A stretch of 64,000 bases of DNA from a virus, in the IMG/VR virus record IMGVR_UViG_3300035070_002905, positions 96,001 to 160,000 of that record. The stretch is one strand, 5' to 3'. The translations under genes and the position numbers were made by a program. Numbering within the stretch: the first letter of the stretch is position 1; the number at the start of each line of letters is the position of its first letter. The notes under the pieces are model-generated. The model was given only the letters and a program-made list of their open reading frames with translations, was not told the origin of the DNA and searched no databases. Below, piece by piece: positions 37,655-46,781 of the stretch.

Positions 37655-38563
37655 TTACTGATGAACGTGCGGCTGACGTAGAGGAATATCCTGTACATCC
37701 GTACGATTGAATAGCTGATACTCAATGGCATCTCGGTTTAGTTCTTTGATAATAACGTTCTGTCTCTGCATGTTGATACCGAACTCGGTAGAACCCTGGT
37801 GTCCTTCTATCCGGAAAGCCCTGCGGTCAGCCTCTCGTAAGAGGATTGCGTGTGGGTTCAGTAGAGGGAACGCGATGGTCCATGCGGATATAGTGGTAGG
37901 TTCAAACTCACCGAAGTACGTGTAGGTCATTTGCGGATCGATAGATCCATAAGCGATCTTAGTGCGCATTCCTGTATTGTAGCCACCTTCATATCCAGTG
38001 CCGTAACAGGTCTCGCATTGATCGTCCATAACCTTCTTGTATACAGGGTCCCAGCATACCTTACAGCGCTCACCCCAGATCTTAGGAGTGCATACTACGG
38101 TACTCATACCTACCGCGAACTTATCCAGTAGAATAGCCTCGCGACGCATTATGTCTAAGTGCTGCTTATTCTGTATGCGTCCCATCTTAGTATCAGGGAA
38201 CATATATCCTGCAGTCTGCGGGTAACTCTTTACGGATACCTTATCGGGCCAGATGACCTCTATGGTAAAGTACTCTTCGTAAGTCTTACGGTCTTGGTTC
38301 GTGTAGCTAGTAGTGTAGAATGGATCGAGGATCGGCTCTGCAGTTACCGTGCGGAATGGACCTAACTCTGAATCCGAGGAGTATACCATGAACATCGGAT
38401 CTCCAGGATCTACACCGCTAGGGTGAGTAGGAGGAATCCACTCAAGGTATACACTACGCTTCCAATCGGGAACTACCCGTACACTCATTCGGACAAACTC
38501 TGCGGCATCGGGAGTACGCTCCTGATGCCTCATCTTGCCCCATGTGACATTCATTAAGTCCAT
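37655..38563 (-). CDS. putative neck/head-closure protein with Zn finger
   Basis: RCKVCWD...QCETCYGTGYEGGY; lies between capsid and sheath genes. Confidence 0.6.
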   Translation of the reverse strand: MDLMNVTWGKMRHQERTPDAAEFVRMSVRVVPDWKRSVYLEWIPPTHPSGVDPGDPMFMVYSSDSELGPFRTVTAEPILDPFYTTSYTNQDRKTYEEYFTIEVIWPDKVSVKSYPQTAGYMFPDTKMGRIQNKQHLDIMRREAILLDKFAVGMSTVVCTPKIWGERCKVCWDPVYKKVMDDQCETCYGTGYEGGYNTGMRTKIAYGSIDPQMTYTYFGEFEPTTISAWTIAFPLLNPHAILLREADRRAFRIEGHQGSTEFGINMQRQNVIIKELNRDAIEYQLFNRTDVQDIPLRQPHVHQ

Positions 38564-38571
38564 GGTACTCC

Positions 38572-39000
38572 TTACCAGATCGGGAACGTAACGTAATCCG
38601 ACTGGACATTACCCCAACCAGAGTTAAGGTTGACGTTAATCTTGTAGTCCTTAGCAGCCTGACGGAAGGTAGTCTCGTACTGTCCGGCTAACTGGATATA
38701 GAACTGGTAACGCTCTTCGATTGGAACGGTAAGTCCGCCATCTGAATAACTCATCTGGTTACGTGCAGCTAAAGCTGATTGGCCGATGTATAGTTGCCAG
38801 AGGATCCCGTACAATAGGATTGCGTTAGGGATATTAGCATCTGTTACATCGCTGATCGGGGGCATTACGTTATACATACTGACTGCCATATCGGTAGCCA
38901 GTTCGATGCGCATATCGGTGAACTCCAACCCGTCTAACAGGTGGTTGTTATCCTCACTGTCCGCCACGAAACGACGGACATAGTCTGCTGATACTGCCAT
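38572..39000 (-). CDS. putative head-tail adaptor
   Basis: 142 aa, helical, VRRFVAD start and YSDGG motif; position after the capsid module. Confidence 0.6.
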   Translation of the reverse strand: MAVSADYVRRFVADSEDNNHLLDGLEFTDMRIELATDMAVSMYNVMPPISDVTDANIPNAILLYGILWQLYIGQSALAARNQMSYSDGGLTVPIEERYQFYIQLAGQYETTFRQAAKDYKINVNLNSGWGNVQSDYVTFPIW

Positions 39001-39009
39001 TAGATCTCC

Positions 39010-39882
39010 TTAGATTTGGCTTAGAGTCCAGAAAGGACGGCCGCCGAAACCTACCAGTGAAGCATTATTGCTACCTACGGTATCAGGAATTACGCTAGTA
39101 GTTGGAATCGTATCTGCCTCTACCACTGTATCATACGCATGACTTCCGGTACCGCCGGTAAAGCTTAGATCTGCAATGTTACCGTTTAGGAACGTATCAC
39201 TAGCAGACGAAGGGCCTTCTCCTATCCAGCGTACGCCGGTGTTACCATTCGCAGTCATCTCAAGATCATATACTACACCGAACTCCAGTGGAGTGGTATT
39301 AGTAGGAGCGTCTACTCCGTTAATCTTACCGCTAGCCCAGCGGACTGTGTCCCACTCGAGCATGCCAGAAGATCCATTACGACGTACGTGACTGTATAGT
39401 GCACCCGAGTCATCACAGAATATCATCTGGTCATTACCGCTAGCATCATCGAAGAATACTACCTTGCAAGTAACTACACCACCTGCACCACCCCAAGTAT
39501 TAATGCCCATACGAGCATTCTCTGCGCCGAAGTTAATAGCCCAACGATAGGGAATCTCGGTATACTTACCGCCGCCCTGGCCGAAGCCTGACTTGCGGAC
39601 TGCCTCATGGATAAACGTACGGCTGGCTCGAGGGATATTATCCCACTCAGTATCCTGGACGAGAGCAGGTACGCTGACGCCGTGATACTTAAACTTATCT
39701 CCGCGATGCTCTAGGTCACCGATCAGAGGTACTGATAGTAGCGGAACGTTAGCTGTATAAAGTCCTTCAGGATCACCCGGCTCTTTACTTACTAGAGGTA
39801 GCGACTTAACGCCGTCTCCGTAATCGTAACGCCATAGGTTAGACTGACGGATGAACTTTTCTAGTACTTCCTTCTTTCTCAT
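39010..39882 (-). CDS. virion protein with a beta-rich (lectin/LamG-like) C-terminal region
   Basis: Gly/Thr-rich; WIGEG...FLNGNIADL motif. Confidence 0.5.
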   Translation of the reverse strand: MRKKEVLEKFIRQSNLWRYDYGDGVKSLPLVSKEPGDPEGLYTANVPLLSVPLIGDLEHRGDKFKYHGVSVPALVQDTEWDNIPRASRTFIHEAVRKSGFGQGGGKYTEIPYRWAINFGAENARMGINTWGGAGGVVTCKVVFFDDASGNDQMIFCDDSGALYSHVRRNGSSGMLEWDTVRWASGKINGVDAPTNTTPLEFGVVYDLEMTANGNTGVRWIGEGPSSASDTFLNGNIADLSFTGGTGSHAYDTVVEADTIPTTSVIPDTVGSNNASLVGFGGRPFWTLSQI

Positions 39883-39891
39883 AGGAATCCC

Positions 39892-40440
39892 TTACTTAGC
39901 TAGTTCAGCTTCTACGAACTCGATCATATCAGTTTTAGATAGTCGACCGTCTACTTCGATGCCCTGCTCGGCAGCCCAAGTGTCAATCTGCTTCTTAGTC
40001 ATAGCTGAGAAGTCGGGTGTTTCTACTGGAGCCTCTGCTTCTACTGGCGCCGGCTCAGGCTCAGGCTCTTTAACGGCAACTTTAGCGGCAACTTTAGCGG
40101 CAACTTTAGCGGCAACTTTAGGTTCGACCATGCTGATCTCTGCTTGGCCGTGTAGATCGCCTGCCAGTACTTTAAGTAGAGCGGCATCGTTAACATCCCA
40201 AGTAGGTTTAGTAGCTGAGATAGCTGTAGTAATGCCAATGAACTTGAACCGTTCGCCTTTACCTGCAGCTCGTGCTGCCGGAGTACGACCCTTCTGACCT
40301 TTGTAGATCTCCCCGGTAATAGGGTTGTGTACTTCAGGTGCGTACGCTTCGTATAGGCCCGTACCAACCTGGTAGATTAGTGGAGTTGCGTGAGTTGACG
40401 CAGCCGTTAGCCACGCTTCGATATCTGTTTTACGACTCAT
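39892..40440 (-). CDS. hypothetical protein with KVAA repeat and C-terminal HeH/Rho-N-like domain
   Basis: (KVAA)x4 and PEPEP linker; FSAMTKKQIDTWAAEQGIEVDGRLSKTDMI. Confidence 0.7.
   Translation of the reverse strand: MSRKTDIEAWLTAASTHATPLIYQVGTGLYEAYAPEVHNPITGEIYKGQKGRTPAARAAGKGERFKFIGITTAISATKPTWDVNDAALLKVLAGDLHGQAEISMVEPKVAAKVAAKVAAKVAVKEPEPEPAPVEAEAPVETPDFSAMTKKQIDTWAAEQGIEVDGRLSKTDMIEFVEAELAK
40075..40121. repeat. 12-bp perfect tandem repeat GGCAACTTTAGC x~3.9
   Basis: Units start at 40075, 40087, 40099 and 40111. Confidence 0.95.
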
Positions 40441-40472
40441 GTTAGTTTCCTTCTGTAGTTGTCTACTATATT

Positions 40473-41462
40473 TTACTCGTGGAACTGGGTCAGGCCGAGC
40501 TCTTTGTCGACACCGCGCTTGTATTTCTTGTAGCGATACTCTGGAAGAATCCAGGCGTTCTTGAGTTTAGTCTTCTTATTGATGATCTCTTGCTTGCGAT
40601 CATCGCTTAATTCGTCACGTAGTTTACGTACATGAGCCGCCAGGTCAGATGACTTGCCGCCGTGTACCAGAGCCACATCTACATCACGCGTATCGTCTTT
40701 ATAAGAGTAAACCTTATAGCCGTCACGCTTACGTGCATTGTATGGACTCTCTTTAAGCCCGAAGCCTTGGTCGTTCAACTTGCTGACCAGACGATTATAT
40801 CCTTCGCGTGTCTTATACGGTACCAGGATATCTCGATCAGATGCACCGGCGATGTTAATACCGATACCTTCAGATCCTACGATCGTAGCATTAGGAGATA
40901 GAAGACGGTGAATCTCCTTCTCGCTGCCCGAGTATAGTGTGTCGATACTAGCAGACTTCATCAGCTTCTGGCCGAGAGTACGTGCAGTATCTACTAGATT
41001 AGCTTTGCGTGCATTCATCTCGCTATGCCCCCTGAAGAGAATGTCTTTATGTTTCTCGCGTAGGCCTTCCAGTTCTTCGTCCGGTGCATACACGGTTGCG
41101 TTACTCTTCAAGCTTAACGCACGAGGAGTTATATATTCGTTGGCGATTAGATTCATCTTAGGGTTAAGCGTAGGAGATCTCATCTTCTTCTCTACGATGT
41201 ACTTACCGTAGCTATCAGAAGACAGCGTGTCCTTCGTCAAGAACACATTATCTACATCCTTAACGCCCTGCATCTTGGTGTAGGCGTCCTGGGCGCGCAA
41301 CTTCTCGCGTGCTGATACTAGTCCACCGAGGTTCCTACCGCCCGCCCCTGACTCAACCTCTAGTTCTAGGTCTGGATTATCCCGAGCGAGATGCTTCAGA
41401 GCCTTGATCCTTCCAGAAGCAAGTGCTGCCAGGTTATTCGTTCGATGATAAAAGGTATCCAT
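40473..41462 (-). CDS. two-domain protein: N-terminal ADP-ribosyltransferase-like region plus C-terminal Pol-beta-type nucleotidyltransferase
   Basis: IVGSEGIGI...SDRDILV...DVDVALV (GS, DxD, third D); N-terminal FYHRT...VFLT...YGKYIVE. Confidence 0.6.
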   Translation of the reverse strand: MDTFYHRTNNLAALASGRIKALKHLARDNPDLELEVESGAGGRNLGGLVSAREKLRAQDAYTKMQGVKDVDNVFLTKDTLSSDSYGKYIVEKKMRSPTLNPKMNLIANEYITPRALSLKSNATVYAPDEELEGLREKHKDILFRGHSEMNARKANLVDTARTLGQKLMKSASIDTLYSGSEKEIHRLLSPNATIVGSEGIGINIAGASDRDILVPYKTREGYNRLVSKLNDQGFGLKESPYNARKRDGYKVYSYKDDTRDVDVALVHGGKSSDLAAHVRKLRDELSDDRKQEIINKKTKLKNAWILPEYRYKKYKRGVDKELGLTQFHE

Positions 41463-41479
41463 CTTTGCTCCTTAAACGA

Positions 41480-41508
41480 AAAAAAGGAGCCCCCATAGGG
41501 ACTCCTTT
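41480..41508 (-). terminator. Rho-independent terminator after the major capsid gene
   Basis: Minus strand AAAGGAGTCCC-TATG-GGGGCTCCTTTTTTT. Confidence 0.85.
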
Positions 41509-41526
41509 AGAGGTAGCCTTAAGCCA

Positions 41527-42501
41527 TTATAGGCGAGGACTGATTTGACCAAGCACGAATGCCTTCGTATTACCGATGCCAACACCTACTGCTTCGTAAG
41601 TCTTGAACGAGATCATATCTGCTTCAGACTTCAGGTATACAGTTGGCTCTTGTAGAGAGTAGAACTGACCGAAGTAAGCTTCAGGAGCGAATACTACTAC
41701 TAAATCACCTTTAGCTGCAGTTTGTTCTGCATCTGTTCCGGCGTCAAGCCAAGCTGTATTCAAGATATCAGACTTGTTAGAAGTTACGATTTCGAAACCG
41801 TAGAAACCTTCCATTGAACCTGTGTCGAAGTGACGAGAAGCCACTGCGTCACCTAGCTGAGTAGCTGGTTCACGTAGAATCGCAAGGTAAAGCTGATGAG
41901 ACATCAGGATCTTGCCAGGTTTTTGGAAGTCATCAACCATGAACTGTACTAGCTGCATAAGCTTGTCAGTAACAGTTACGCCAGTCAACTCAGTATCGTT
42001 GTAGTAACGACGACCAGACAAGCCACGAGTATCACTAAAGATCTGAGCTAGAGAAGTAATGAAGTTACTATCTTCTTGCTTCTGGATGTCTTTCACTGAG
42101 TTCTCTTGCAAGATGTGACGGATGTCAGTCTTGTAAGTAGCTAGCTCAAATTTAGACTTTTCGAATTCCGCAGATTCAATCTTGTGGAATGCTACTTGGT
42201 AACGTGAACCTTTGAAGTAACGAGTCTCAGACTTACCGTTCAATGCGATTGTAGCCGCTACTGAATCAGGTTCTTTCTCGATGATCACACGTGGTGTGTC
42301 GTCTAGGTCACGGTCAAGGTCACTTGCTGTAACCATTTGTGGAGTAAGGATCTTACGAGTAAATCCGTCTTCACGTAGTTTTTGTCGAACGAACGTAGAC
42401 ATTGCTGCGCCCGCTTCTTTCGTCATGCCCTGCTCAATCTTATCTAGGAAAGCGTTGTTCAGGAACTGAACGTTCAGTGTTTCAGTTGCATATTCAGACA
42501 T
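41527..42501 (-). CDS. major capsid protein
   Basis: 324 aa; high-expression codon bias; followed by a strong terminator; downstream of protease, scaffold and decoration genes; ends YEAVGVGIGNTKA. Confidence 0.8.
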   Translation of the reverse strand: MSEYATETLNVQFLNNAFLDKIEQGMTKEAGAAMSTFVRQKLREDGFTRKILTPQMVTASDLDRDLDDTPRVIIEKEPDSVAATIALNGKSETRYFKGSRYQVAFHKIESAEFEKSKFELATYKTDIRHILQENSVKDIQKQEDSNFITSLAQIFSDTRGLSGRRYYNDTELTGVTVTDKLMQLVQFMVDDFQKPGKILMSHQLYLAILREPATQLGDAVASRHFDTGSMEGFYGFEIVTSNKSDILNTAWLDAGTDAEQTAAKGDLVVVFAPEAYFGQFYSLQEPTVYLKSEADMISFKTYEAVGVGIGNTKAFVLGQISPRL

Positions 42502-42513
42502 TAGTCTCTCCTA

Positions 42514-43017
42514 TTACTTCAAGATGATTACACGAGTCGGTGCAGTAACACCAGTATCGTCAACAGCGTTGTTGTTAAGTTCTAGACAGTAAGCGCCTGG
42601 AACCGCATCAGTAACCGAACCTGAAATTGCACACCAGCAAGGGCGGTTTGTATTAGCATTGATGCCGATACCTACAGCAGCACCTGGAACTGGAGCAACG
42701 TCGTTAGTACCGCCAGAACCAATCTCAGTAGTCTCTAACACAGCATTACCGAATAGTACGATGTTAGGCCATACTTGACCGCCTGTACCAGTAGTCTGTG
42801 AAAGGAAGTCGGCAGCACCACGAACGACTACGCCGATAGTACTCGTATCATTAGCAGTAGCAGCTTCAATTACTCCGCCTGCAGCAGTTACTTTAACAAT
42901 ATTTCCGTTACCAAAAGTAGCAGAACCTGAACCGTAGTTCATCTCTGCAGTTGGTTCGGCCATAGGCCAGCCACGTAGGAAGTTCGCGGCATACTCAACA
43001 GTATTTAATCGAGCCAT
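42514..43017 (-). CDS. capsid decoration/stabilising protein
   Basis: Small Gly/Ala/Thr-rich beta protein directly upstream of the capsid gene. Confidence 0.65.
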   Translation of the reverse strand: MARLNTVEYAANFLRGWPMAEPTAEMNYGSGSATFGNGNIVKVTAAGGVIEAATANDTSTIGVVVRGAADFLSQTTGTGGQVWPNIVLFGNAVLETTEIGSGGTNDVAPVPGAAVGIGINANTNRPCWCAISGSVTDAVPGAYCLELNNNAVDDTGVTAPTRVIILK

Positions 43018-43031
43018 CTATTTGTCTCCAA

Positions 43032-43559
43032 TTATGATAGTAAGAATTCGGTAAAGCTATCAACACCCGTCGCTAGACGATCTGATGGCCCACCCATATT
43101 CATTGGCGTGTTATTGACTTGATAAGCTACTTTCTGCAGGGTAGAATCATCTAGCATGCTTAGAGCATTTAGATCCTCACCTGAAAACACGCCAGTGTCA
43201 GATAGTGCTTCAACCGAAGGCGCCTTAACTGCATCTTCTGCAGCCTTTTCCATATTGGAAAGATCGGCCTCTCTGTTATCTAGTTTAACCTCTAAATCAG
43301 CAATATAACCAGCAGTCTTCTCAAAGATTGTCGCGAAGTGCTTAAGTTCCTTTGCTTTCTCGAGGTCTTGATCACGATTTGGATAAGCGCGCTCTGCTAA
43401 TTTCTCAAGAAGACCTTCGGCGTCTGCCTGGTCGACGCCCTGTGTAGACAGGGCCTCAACTGTACTCTTCTTAATGTCGCCCCAGGTATTCTCAAGGGCG
43501 GAAGCTTGCTTCTCCAGATTTCTAGCCTGCGTGAATAGCAGGTCTGTAATCTCGGACAT
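43032..43559 (-). CDS. prohead core/scaffold-like protein
   Basis: Acidic coiled coil; LEKQAS, LEKLAE, FEKTAG, MEKAAE, LQKVAY. Confidence 0.6.
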   Translation of the reverse strand: MSEITDLLFTQARNLEKQASALENTWGDIKKSTVEALSTQGVDQADAEGLLEKLAERAYPNRDQDLEKAKELKHFATIFEKTAGYIADLEVKLDNREADLSNMEKAAEDAVKAPSVEALSDTGVFSGEDLNALSMLDDSTLQKVAYQVNNTPMNMGGPSDRLATGVDSFTEFLLS

Positions 43560-43568
43560 GCTTACTCC

Positions 43569-44045
43569 TTATTTATTAGCAGCGCGTTCTTGCTTGCGGA
43601 GATCCTTGCGGATATCCTTATGCTGTTGCTTGGCGGATGCCTTACCGTGAGATGCACCTACTGCCGCGCCTGCCGCAAGACCATAAGTCTCTCGGTTACG
43701 CTTAACATGTGCGCCAGTCTTACCGGCTACGTCCTTTGCCTTACCGGCAAGTTTCTTAGCTTTCTTCTTGGCTTGCTGAGTACCTGCAGCTGCTAGCAAA
43801 GCTGTGTTCAGACCGGCAGTCTTATTCATCTTCGCGTCGCGAGTCTTCTTGGCTTGCTTCTGGGTCTTCTTCATCTCTTTAGAATCGCCAACTGCTACAC
43901 CAGCACCTAGGCCTAGAGCCATACCAGTACCGACTGCGCCTGCTGTACCACTTTGTGCACCTTCTTTAAAGGCCTTTACACCTTTACGAGTAGCTTTACC
44001 CGCCGAACCATCTTTGACTTTGCCGATGGCTTTCTTAGCCTTCAT
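43569..44045 (-). CDS. basic Lys/Ala-rich domain, probably expressed as a -1 frameshift extension of 44069-44812
   Basis: No clear RBS; reading frame is open back to the GGGAAAG heptamer at 44072-44078. Confidence 0.65.
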   Translation of the reverse strand: MKAKKAIGKVKDGSAGKATRKGVKAFKEGAQSGTAGAVGTGMALGLGAGVAVGDSKEMKKTQKQAKKTRDAKMNKTAGLNTALLAAAGTQQAKKKAKKLAGKAKDVAGKTGAHVKRNRETYGLAAGAAVGASHGKASAKQQHKDIRKDLRKQERAANK

Positions 44046-44068
44046 TCGCCCAAGACGTCCGACGGCTT

Positions 44069-44812
44069 TTACTTTCCCGCTAAAGCGGCTTCCTTCACTA
44101 GCTCAACTGCAGAGGCGAAATCCATGCCGTCTTCAGTCATAAGCTCTTGAACAGCAGCTGCTTTTTCTAAATCTGAATAATCTTCTGATTGATCGCATGC
44201 TTGCTTAACAAGCTCAACTGCGTCTTCAAAAGAGTGACCTTCTTCTAGCAAGATGCCTACAGCAGCAGCTTTCTCAAGCTCGTCGCCTTCAGACTCAAGC
44301 TCTTCAGAAGCTTGCTTAACTAGTGCGATAGCATCTTCGAAGTCAACACCGTCAGCCATTAGCTCGTCTAGAGCAGCTTTCTTATCGATGTCGGAAGGTT
44401 TAGCTGGTACGTTAGAAGGCTCATTACCTTCAGATGCCATTACGTCATCTTTGTGTTCGCCACCTGCAACGCCACGCTCTTGAAGTGCTTTAGCTACCTG
44501 AGTAACTGTTTTGCCTTCGCGAGGAGTCAGCTCATCACGAGCATCATCTGAAGCAACCATTGTATCGATTTCTGCGATAACTTTGTTTTCAGCAGCTTTC
44601 TCGTGACCATCAAGCATTGCTAGGATGCTGTTTGCGATTTCTTGACCTGTAGCCATAGTGTTTGTATCTCCCATATCTGATGCAGATTTTTCTAAAGTTT
44701 CTTTAAGTTCGTCAGCAGCAGAAGTTTCTGATGCTACCTTCTCGATCTCAGCCGAGCCGTCTTCAGCCTCAAGACTTTGAAGCAGGCTGTCTAGAGTAAA
44801 TTCGTTAGACAT
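44069..44812 (-). CDS. acidic scaffold/prohead core protein with three internal repeats
   Basis: KAA..EL...G.DF..A..LVK.A repeated three times; ATG 44812 has a GGAG RBS (ORF track start 44830). Confidence 0.7.
   Translation of the reverse strand: MSNEFTLDSLLQSLEAEDGSAEIEKVASETSAADELKETLEKSASDMGDTNTMATGQEIANSILAMLDGHEKAAENKVIAEIDTMVASDDARDELTPREGKTVTQVAKALQERGVAGGEHKDDVMASEGNEPSNVPAKPSDIDKKAALDELMADGVDFEDAIALVKQASEELESEGDELEKAAAVGILLEEGHSFEDAVELVKQACDQSEDYSDLEKAAAVQELMTEDGMDFASAVELVKEAALAGK
44072..44078 (-). promoter_or_regulatory. programmed -1 ribosomal frameshift site G GGA AAG
   Basis: Minus strand GCG GGA AAG TAA; the -1 frame reads GGG AAA GTA AAA GCC GTC GGA CGT CTT GGG CGA ATG into ORF 43569-44045. 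Confidence 0.75.
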
Positions 44813-46247
44813 TGTATTCTCCAAGTTCATTACGAATCGCTAGATCCATAAGTTTCATTGTCAGGGCCGATTGCTCGACTCCACTATTTGATTTTACCTC
44901 ACTGGCAGTCTTGTTCATCCCGCCTGCGATGGTACTAATCATTATTTTAGCGATTATCGCACCGCCAACCAGTTTTAGCAGCGTATTTGTGTTACCGGTA
45001 GTAGGCCTACTATTAGTTTGTGTGAGGTTTCGCGCGTATTCAGGACGAATATCTGCACCCCCACGGCCTTCCTGCCAGTTAAGCGCTGCTCGTTTCTCTA
45101 CGTAATCTCGCTGATAGCTAGATGTCTCCATATACTTATACAAGATGTTGATAAGCTTAGGATTCGGTAGAGTATCTTCCATATCAGGGATCAGTTCGTC
45201 GGCGTCAAGAGGGATACTCTCTACTCCGTTTTCCTGAAGTGCCTTCATGGCTAACATAGCGATCTCGCCTTCACGAGAGCCTACATACTTACTTGCTAAT
45301 ATTTTAACCAAAAACTCAACAGACGGATTAATTCCAAGGTGAGCAAGGGTAGAAATGATATCCGTAAGAGGGTACGGCTTGAGTACATCTACTACATCCA
45401 TATCGGGATCGCGAACCTTCTCTAGGATCTGTAATAGACTTCCACTAGCCTCTACCTCGCCAGGAATTTCCTTAACGATATCAGCAGCTTTAGCTAAAGC
45501 GGCCTTCTTAATGCTAGCTCGTTTCTCTGTACCGTAGGATACGCCTTCTGCGTCCGCAGCCTCTGCCGAACCGATAGTAACCTCGTCACCTGCAACTTTC
45601 TGGAGTACAGAACTAGTTACATCTGCGGGACGAATTACGATCGAAATGTCAAAGAATTTTAGCGGACCGACGTTGATCGCCATTACGCGACGGCCGTCAG
45701 GCATAATCTTATTGAGTTGGGTAGTAAGATGCGAACAGTATTCTGCACGGCTATGCGCCTTATTATTACAGATACTACATACATCGTACGGGGTGTTACA
45801 CGCCATAGACGTCATAGGGAATTGGCCATCTTCGATAGCTGCAAGTTCCATAGCTCCCAGCTGCTTATCGACTTCGGCTACTAATTCTACTCGGTGCATA
45901 CGTGGATTGTAGTACGAGTAGATTACCTTACCGATCGCTCGAGCGGGATCTTTATTGACGTGATGACGGAATACATGAGCGGGACTAGTCTCGAAAGTCT
46001 TGTACCACTGTAGCAGGTTATCCTCAGGGAAGTAGTCCCCGTTACGGTTAGAGCCGTAGTATTCGCCTGCACCCATAGCGTTGATGTGTAAGTAGAACTT
46101 GCCTTCTTCGGGAGTAATCTCCCCGACAAACTCCGTGACCTCATCTGCGGCCGCGGCTTTCTCAAGTCCACTAGAAGGAGACTCTAGGTCTAGTAGAGTC
46201 ACCTCCCAATCTTCAGAGAAGGACACAGCATCAATTAGCTTGTCCAT
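44805..46247 (-). CDS. prohead maturation protease (with Zn-finger insertion)
   Basis: NRNGDYF, HVFRHH, TSMAC...CSIC...YCSH, FFDISIVIRPAD resemble HK97/assemblin-type phage proteases; upstream of scaffold and capsid. Confidence 0.7.
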   Translation of the reverse strand: MDKLIDAVSFSEDWEVTLLDLESPSSGLEKAAAADEVTEFVGEITPEEGKFYLHINAMGAGEYYGSNRNGDYFPEDNLLQWYKTFETSPAHVFRHHVNKDPARAIGKVIYSYYNPRMHRVELVAEVDKQLGAMELAAIEDGQFPMTSMACNTPYDVCSICNNKAHSRAEYCSHLTTQLNKIMPDGRRVMAINVGPLKFFDISIVIRPADVTSSVLQKVAGDEVTIGSAEAADAEGVSYGTEKRASIKKAALAKAADIVKEIPGEVEASGSLLQILEKVRDPDMDVVDVLKPYPLTDIISTLAHLGINPSVEFLVKILASKYVGSREGEIAMLAMKALQENGVESIPLDADELIPDMEDTLPNPKLINILYKYMETSSYQRDYVEKRAALNWQEGRGGADIRPEYARNLTQTNSRPTTGNTNTLLKLVGGAIIAKIMISTIAGGMNKTASEVKSNSGVEQSALTMKLMDLAIRNELGEYNV

Positions 46248-46255
46248 ATAGACTC

Positions 46256-46780
46256 CTATCGAGCCTGCTTGGCTAGCTTCTCTTCAAGTTCAGTTACTGC
46301 GCGAACAGTCTGAAGGTCTAGGCTCTCGCCGTGCACTGCGTTAGTCAGTACGTTAGCAAGTACGTTAGCATCGCCTGCTACTGTAGGAGCGAACGCGAAG
46401 ATAGAATCTCCAAGACGCTTAGCTTTCATCGGGTTATCTGCAAGGATCTCAGACATCTTAATAGCCTGTTGAAGTGCCGCTTGATAGCGTTGCTTCTGAC
46501 CAGATGCGCCCATAGAACCTACAGCTTTACTGAATGCCATTGCGCCTAGAGTACCCAGTGCAGTAGCGCCCATACCTAGAGCTGCCTTACCTACATTCTC
46601 GCCACCGAAAGCGCCTGCAAAGTCAGAACCCCAAGCAGCTTCCTTATCCATACCAGTAGTAAGCATCAGGCGTTCAAGTTCCTCTGCAGTCTTCTCGACT
46701 AGCTCTGCCTTATCGTACTCGCATGCCACTTTCTCAAGGCCTTCTGTTAGAGCCTCTTTAAATTCTTGAATTACGTCCAT
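46256..46780 (-). CDS. putative internal head/ejection protein
   Basis: LEKVAC, VEKTAE, MDKEAA followed by a Gly/Ala hydrophobic stretch; ATG 46780 has a GAGGA RBS (ORF track start 46810). Confidence 0.6.
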   Translation of the reverse strand: MDVIQEFKEALTEGLEKVACEYDKAELVEKTAEELERLMLTTGMDKEAAWGSDFAGAFGGENVGKAALGMGATALGTLGAMAFSKAVGSMGASGQKQRYQAALQQAIKMSEILADNPMKAKRLGDSIFAFAPTVAGDANVLANVLTNAVHGESLDLQTVRAVTELEEKLAKQAR

Positions 46781-46781
46781 A

